A DNA stretch of 64,000 bases from Eledone cirrhosa (taxonomy: Eukaryota), in the NCBI GenBank assembly GCA_964016885.1, contig OZ024741.1, positions 102,548,001 through 102,612,000 on the forward strand. Reading direction: 5' to 3'. Made by a program: the position numbers and the translations under genes. The stretch's first letter is position 1, and the number at the start of each line of letters is the position of its first letter. Under the pieces are notes generated by a model that searched no databases, was not told where the DNA came from, and saw only the letters and a program-made list of their open reading frames with translations. Shown in pieces: positions 55,672 to 64,000 of this stretch.

Positions 55672-55763
55672 ACTGGGATAGACCGACACGTTCGCTTTGT
55701 AGGTAGTTCTCTAGTATGTCCACAATCTGACTGATTCCAGTATGGAATATTTACACACACACT

Positions 55764-56598
<835 letters not shown>

Positions 56599-56617
56599 AT
56601 ATATATATACACACATA

Positions 56618-56696
56618 TAGGGTCTCCCACAAAAATGTATACACACTTCAACAACATTCTACTGAACGCGTGTATACAGTTTTTGGAGACACCCTA
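56618..56696. mobile_element. Tc1/mariner-type MITE
   Basis: TAGGGTCTCCCACAAAAATGTATACAC..GTGTATACAGTTTTTGGAGACACCCTA form terminal inverted repeats in a TA context. Confidence 0.6.
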
Positions 56697-59035
56697 TGTA
56701 TATATATTGCATGTATATACACATATATAGGGACATTGTGATATACACAAATATACATCATATCAAGTAATTACATCTGAAACTACGAAGGCATCTTCTT
56801 TGTGGTCAATGGATCTAAATCTACTAGAAATAGCTACCACTTATCTCTCATATCACACACTAGTATCTAAACCTTTGTATAACGCAATCATGAATGTACA
56901 AATAGATGTGATAGTTCAAAATGGATTATATTTCACAATAGTTCTCCTTGATCAGGGTAATGGTGCAGATAAACAACAAAGCCTGCATCTCTTGGTTGGT
57001 AGATCAATCTATTGCCCAGTTTAACACCAACAGCTGGCGCTTGGGTGTCTTTAACCATGTCCCCTCTAAAGCAAGCATTTGTGTCAGGTCTCTAAATTGG
57101 AAATACTTTCTTTTCATACAAAGTCTTCGTTTTGAGTATACTTTCCTCACTCCATCTCATGTGGCCTCCATTAAAAAAGATGAAGTCATATAGTTTATAA
57201 CATAAAATATATTGATCAATATATAAATGACTTTTCAATGACAGTTATATAAGTTACATCTGTTGTTACTAATGAACAGTAAACAGAATTGAGACCACCT
57301 CCGTCATATTTGATATATAATCACATCCTTATTTACAAGTATTTTAATAAAACGAACATAAAACTATCTTTACAGCTAATGTATTTCATTAAAAAGGTGC
57401 CAGTGTTTTTACGGAATCACGCTCGTTTACTAAAGTTTAGCTCAGTAAACAAATAGACGAAACCTTTCATAAAATATTTCATTGAATTTCAGAGAATGGA
57501 ACCTTTGTCAGTAATCCTTCAATTTCCAAATGAATACATTAAGTGAACTTAAATCTGTTTTTGTAAGTTTGAATATCCGGCATTTAGAATCAACGTAAAA
57601 CTGATTTATTGTTATTTAATGTTTCTGTAAAGTGTATATTTCTGCATTTAAAATATTTCTAATTCACAGGCTTCGGGATTAGCCTACAATGAATGGAAAA
57701 AAAATTAAACATGCGATCAACAATTATTAAAGCACCAGAAATAGAGATAAGACAAGAAAAAAAAAAAGACAAGATGACAAAATGTGTTGAATGAAACCTG
57801 CAATCTTCTGTATCAACTGTAATTATATTTAAGTAAATAAATTTCTGAGAAAATGTTTCCTGTTAAACAAAGTTTTGCAAATTAAATACCGAAAAAGGAA
57901 ATACTGTGTGAGCTGTTGTATTTTCAGTACAACGTATGATACGATATAAAACATCGATATTATTAAGTTACAGATATAATAATAAACGTTTTCTTTTTTC
58001 AACTATTATTCATTGTGAAACGAATTTATACAAACAAGATTCATTATAATTTCCATTTCATATATTTCCTCAGTGAAGAATTGTCCCCTTCACCACCACC
58101 ATTTTCACATGAATTATATTTAGTATCATTTATTGAATATCACAAATCCAATGAAATGAATATATTTATTCGTTGCTTATTCGACCACTTTGCAATGCCT
58201 GTTATATTGTACAACTTAAACACACCCAACACTGATTTTATTTTTCTCTCACTTTCTAAACATTACAAATTATATCAAAATAATTTTAAAACGAAAGATA
58301 TAATATCGATATGATTTTTGAACCTTAAGAAAAACATATTCTATTCTTCTTTTGGAACGGAATAGAATGTAACGGACAAGAGGCGATCATACGATCGCAT
58401 CAAGGAAACACTGTTTCTATTGATCTTTTCATTGGTCATAGTATGTGACGGTCACAAATCCTGACAGAATGAGGCGAGATTTAAACTCAAAAGACACAGA
58501 ATCGGATCAAATGCTGCAAGACATCAGTTTAGACTCTTTATCAATTCCATCAAACCACCAACATGGACTGGTATATTTTTTATCGGCCAGGAGAGGATAA
58601 AAGGTAAAGTTGATCACGGCGGGGTTTTAAACACAGTAAGAGCCTGAACAAATGCCGAGACATTTAATCTAACGCTCTCACGTCTCTGGCAATTCTCCGC
58701 CGATAGAATTAACATTTCTGTCTAAAGGAACCCGTATTCAACAAATGGGAAGTAAATTTAAACCATTTCCATATTGCCATTGGATATTCTTTAGTGAAAT
58801 GCATCCTATTGCAAGTATTTGAACAAAGTCTCCCATCAGAGGATCATTTCTTTCTTTGCCTTTACATGTTACCGTCTATATGAAAAGCGTCCTCTTTGCC
58901 GCTTACCCTTGTGGTTGATAAAAATATGCATAAAATATTAAGGTGACGAATTATCAGTATCATCAGAACTTCAGATAAAATGCTTTGCAGTATTTCCTAA
59001 CATTTTAATTACTTTTCATCAGGAAATGTATGTGT

Positions 59036-59070
<35 letters not shown>

Positions 59071-59489
59071 TACATACACACTGTCAAGTCGCTCTTGAGC
59101 GCTACATGTAACATTGTAGCCAAGTACAATCTATCACATGGTCGGGTCACCGGCGATAAAACCTGGAACCCAACCAAGCTTGCTTTGGAGGAGAGGGATG
59201 AAAATCAAAACCCGTTAAAAAGGGAAGAACTCAAAAGAGTCAACGGTCATCGAATAGTGTGCAAAAAAGTGGGTAGACACAGCTTGCTAATCTTGGCTGG
59301 ACGTCTATCTAGAAGAATCTGATTTCAAATTCGGGGTAGATGGGACTCCCTAATCACCTTCGTGACAACCTATCAAATGACCTACAACTTCATCCTCGTG
59401 ATGAAGGTGAGTGAACTGCAGCCCGATAGTTAACTTCCGAGTAATGGTTGGACGAGGATTAGGGACCCACTTACGTCACTTTTTCTCAA

Positions 59490-60035
59490 TGAGATTTATA
59501 AACTTACGGCATCATATAAGTTAACATTGCTACTATAGTCCATGGTCCCCGACACCCAGTAATACGAATAGGAAGAGACCAAAATCATACACACACACAG
59601 AGAGAGATACGCAGTGATATACATATGGAAAATCCTGGAGGAACTAGCACCAAACTTTAGCATTAGGAGCTGGACCAATCTCCGAACAGGACGCCACTGT
59701 GTGGTACCAAAGGTCCAGTATTTCACATCTACAATAAGGAGCAGATATTGCAATAGCCTGGGGGTTCAAAAGCCCTCAAATCTCCAATAAGCTGCCAAGA
59801 AATTTGAGACATCTGCATGGTGTGGACGTGGATGTTTTCAAGAAACATCTTGACACTCTGTTACCCAGGATCCCGGATGAGCGAGCCCACAGCATGCTAC
59901 GAAGGTAACCTAAGGGCAGCAGCAATGAACTCCCTCGTACACCAATGACCAGTCAACACAGGCTGGAGATAGAAGGTGTAACAACAAGGGCGGTGCCCTA
60001 GCATGGCCTCAGCCAGATGGCTGGAACAGGTAAAA
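59490..60035 (+). pseudogene. CR1-clade LINE 3' remnant
   Basis: ERYAVIYIWKILEELAPNFSI..RTGRHCVV..RYCNSLG, followed by FKKHLD.L...IPDE. Confidence 0.75.
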
Positions 60036-60799
60036 TAGTAAAAGAGTATGTTTAATATAGAAATGGCTTCTACAACACTAGAACTGTTTCATTCGAAGAA
60101 AATCATCAGGAAAGCCGACAGTCAATGTGATATGGCGGTATTTATACGTTTTCTGGAGGTAGGGAAAGGTGGTGATTGGGATGGTTGGAGGTCATTGGCC
60201 GATGGATTTAAAGAATGGGGATTCTTTGAAAGGACTATATTTAGAGAAAAACACATAGTGATACAAAGGCAAAAGTAAATATTATAAATGATTTAGATAG
60301 CCCTAATAGCATTTATTTAAAAAGGAGAGAATTGCAATTGCGTGTGACGAAAGCGCTTCTATACGTCTTGGATATCGGCAAACTCAATTTCTTATAGCGG
60401 TTCCTATCTGGAAGATATTTTCTTTTCTTTTTACTTAACAAAAACTTTCTGTAACTTAAAAGAGAGGCAAATCAAAATGTGATTCACAATGTGCGTTGTT
60501 ACGACACATTTGGCGTTTTGGGGCACATAGGTCTTTGATGTAAACTTGTTTTTGAATAAACTGAGCTTTTAAACAAAAGAAAAAAAGAATGCAGTTTACT
60601 GTAAAGAAATAACGCTCACACACATAACGTCTCATACACATAATGTAGAAACATACATAAAGTACATGCAGAAATGTTTGTGGAAAATTAATAATATATG
60701 AGCTATTACGGTGTGTAATATTCCTCAGAAAATATATTTACTTATATATGACAAATGTAAATGTATATTTTCATTAGCTATATATTTTTTCTTATATGC

Positions 60800-61085
60800 T
60801 CCAGGTTCGATCCCACTGATTGGCATATTGGACCAGTGTCAGTCATTGTGGCTTCATGTTGACCGATGCCTTGCGAATGAGATTGAATAGACCGAAATTG
60901 TTTGGAAGCCCATCGAATAGGCTGTACCTGCTATTCAAAAATCCAACCTTGTCACTCATTCTGTCACGCTGACAGAAGTACGTGATAGGTACATATATCT
61001 GTTAAATGTTCAACCCTTTACTCGTAAATATCTCTCGCAGGTTGTTCCCTTGATCGAACAATTGGAACACTTACTGTCAAAACGT
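60800..61085 (+). mobile_element. Degenerate SINE
   Basis: GGTTCGATCCC B box, then a body with GTTGACCGATGCCTTG.GAATGAGATT..GAAATTG..GGAAGCCC. Confidence 0.45.
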
Positions 61086-63093
61086 CCGTGATGATTAACA
61101 AAGTTAGGAACGTTTGAAATGTAAGCATTTTGGAAGTTTTTGGAAGTGAATTATGAAATATGTTCTATTTGTATCCATGATTGTATCATATTTATGACAG
61201 TGTTTATATCAGCGATTTGCTTTTCAAGAATATTGTTATAAGTATTTATCAGATTAGCTATTTTATGTTGTATATTTATAGCATCAATTACAGATACTAC
61301 TGTTGGTGTCTGCGATATATTAATATTCAAACGTAAAAAAAATATTGATATTATAACATTAAACGTTTCACAATTTTAATAACAAAGAATTAGGAAAATT
61401 ATGTTTTATTGAAAATATTGATGAATGAATTAAATATATAACCAAATATTATTTCCAAAATGGATTGCTTATGGAATATTCGTCGGCATATTTACTGTTT
61501 AACAACTTTGACATTTTTCTATGACCTTCAAGAAAATGTAAAATAATCTGAGAATATGTTGAGTGGAAATATCGAATAAATAAGTAAACATACTAATACA
61601 TAAATATCTGAAATCCAATAAAGGATTCCAGTTATATCAAATATAGATGCTTTATGTCATATTTCAGCCTGTATTCGATTTTGTTCATAAAAATCAACAA
61701 CGGAATAAATAAATGTAAAATTTTAAATTTTTTTACTATCTGCAAACATTCTATCGTATGATATATAATGACACAAATTATTTAGTAATCGTTTTATAAC
61801 ATCACTATTCATTAATGTTTATAACTCCAGAGAAAACAAAACATAAACGTAGTCAGAAATAATTTAAAAGAAGCATATGTATAAACGCTTCCACAGATAG
61901 GAGAGTTCAAATATCGAACGTTCGAAAAGGGAACGTCCAGGTAGCGAACGATCGAGTTACGATCTGTAAAATGTGACCATTTGATTGCGTATTTAAAAAA
62001 AAATAAATGTGTCTTGTTTTTGTGTTGATTACTCCGTCCTGTTTAACCTCTTCCTCCCCACTCTCTAACTCATGCTCCCTATCCCTCTTCTCTTTATTCT
62101 ATACAATTGCTCTCTATCTTGATTGTTTCTCTATAAACAGATGATGTTTAATGATTCTTTGCTTTCAATAACGGAATTGTTTGATTAAACAGATCCTGTT
62201 TTGTTTTAATTAATATCAACTATTAGCTGAAATTTCAACATGTTTTCTTCATATTTTCTTCCATCTTCGTTATTGATGCTCCCATCAGGTTCTTCATTTG
62301 ATACTGGCATTGCCTTTGTTTCTGTTGTTTTTGCTGCTATTGCTGTTGTTCTAAATAATGATAAATAATAATTAATAATATCATGATGATTGTGATCATG
62401 TTGCCATCTGCTGCTGATGTTGTTGTTATTGCTGCTATCGTTGTTATTATTGTTGCTATTGTTCTCGTTGGTGTTGTTTTTACTGGCGTTTTTGTTGTTC
62501 AGTATTATTCTTTTTCTAAATAATGATGTTAATGATCATATTGTGGTTGCTCTTGGTCTTGGACTTGTTGCCATAGCGAACATTTTTGTTGGCATTCAAT
62601 GTAATTCTTATTGTGTTTGCCTCCATTCTATGTTATCCATTTGATATGGTAGCTTCTATCTCAAAATTTATTCTCCTATTTTTGTTTTTACATCTTTAAT
62701 TTCTATTCATTGTTGTTGTGATTATTATTATCATTGGTTTCTGGCAAGAACTGGGAAAAGACACTTGCGTTGAGTAGAATGTTAATCTGGGGTTGTGTAA
62801 TTAAGTGTTCACAATCACCTTACAAAGTAGTTCTTAATCTTGCTGTATTACTTTTTCTATATTGGCATTGCTGTTATTATGTATCACAACCCCTTTAATC
62901 AGAATAATTCTTTCATTATTCTAATATTTTACGTATCATGTTTCGTTTTGGTAATAGTATTTTGTTCTTCTATTGTCCCCAACACCTCGGGCCATTTGAA
63001 GAAGAAAAGAAATGATGACTAATATTCTTATTATTACTATTAATATTATTGTTATTGTTTTTATGCAAACTGTTGTATTTAACAGAACTTCAA

Positions 63094-63156
<63 letters not shown>

Positions 63157-63200
63157 AATATATATATATATATATACATTTATATATATATATACACATT

Positions 63201-63283
<83 letters not shown>

Positions 63284-63287
63284 ATAT

Positions 63288-64000
63288 CTAAGGCGGGTAA
63301 AATTCCCGAGATCCATGGATGAGTTCTCTCCAGCGGTCTCTGTCCCTCATTATCGCTGCCATATCCTGCATCTCCAACAGACCAGTGTCTGTCCTTAGGG
63401 CATCAACATATGTTAACCTTGGTCTTCCTCTTCTAGTGTGTCCATGTAGGGGCTCCCAAAGGAGCACTGAGTGCAATGTCAACTCTGGATGTCGGTGAGC
63501 ATGTCCAGCCAACCTCAGTCTCCTCTGTGTCACTTTTGAGCTGACTTTTGGGATGCTCCCATACAGCTCCGAGTTTTTCATCCTCAGTGTATACTGATTA
63601 ATGTTCAGAGCCATCCTCAGCATTCTCGTGTAGCACCCATCCACCATCTGAGTGAGTCTCTTGGTCAGTGTCCAAGTCTCAGACCCATACAGCAGCACAG
63701 ACTCCACTACAGCAATGAAGAGGCGGATTTTCAGGTCTCTACGAAGGTCCGACTTCCACACCGATCTCAAGCTGTGACACGCCGCCCAGGCATTGCTCTT
63801 CCTCTCAACCACATCATCTTCCGTATTCCCAATCTTTGCTCCCAAATACAGGAAGTCCTCAACCAATTCCAGCGGCTTCCCGCCTACATTAGTGATCCCC
63901 TCTGGCTTCTCAACATTCTCTACCAGATATTTTGTTTTAGTCTCATTCATTCTCAGCCCCACACTCATCGACACAGTCTCAACCTCCCGCATCAAATCCT
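63288..64000 (-). mobile_element. RTE-clade LINE, RT C-terminal region (open frame running off the window edge)
   Basis: GLRMNETKTKY, VEDFLYLG, KIRLFIAVVESVLLYGSETWTL, RRLRLAGH and RRGRPRLTY. The stop codon directly abuts (AT)n. Confidence 0.93.

Noticed and set aside
56930-57080. Possible minus-strand exon (..VKDTQAPAVGVKLGNRLIYQPRDAGFVVYLHHYPDQGE) after a TTGCTTTAG acceptor
   Set aside because: No convincing donor site, no recognisable family and no partner exons.
62417-62644. Leu-rich 75-aa signal-peptide-like ORF
   Set aside because: It arises from a degenerate (TGT/TAT)n triplet repeat.

Overview
AT-rich eukaryotic genomic DNA, probably an invertebrate. The SINE style and dense (AT)n/(AC)n tracts resemble cephalopod or other mollusc DNA, but that is inference. 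No host gene can be called with confidence, and most tracked ORFs are microsatellite translations. The window is dominated by Penelope-like retroelements (PLEs) inserted in (AT)n tracts. One near full-length RT plus C-terminal GIY-YIG element (Naiad-like; ORF 18177-21689, reconstructable to about 1,233 aa) has several sister copies, and five further Neptune-type families survive as GIY-YIG 3' fragments. Almost all insertions are palindromic, with two 3' ends facing outward into (AT)n. Reading by eye finds type I hammerhead ribozyme (HHR) motifs in at least seven unrelated repeat families. The standout is a non-coding tandem dimer of about 315 bp at 52263-52897. Each unit carries an extended HHR with a compensatory U3-A8 core, and the dimer is fused back-to-back, via a fold-back junction, to a pLTR of the Naiad-like PLE. 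It is a candidate retrozyme captured in the same insertion as its mobiliser. Also present: a Tc1 transposase remnant, RTE-X, CR1 and RTE LINE fragments, a Helitron helicase remnant, tRNA-derived SINEs, a MITE and a 200-N gap. All folds and alignments were done by eye; no searches were run.
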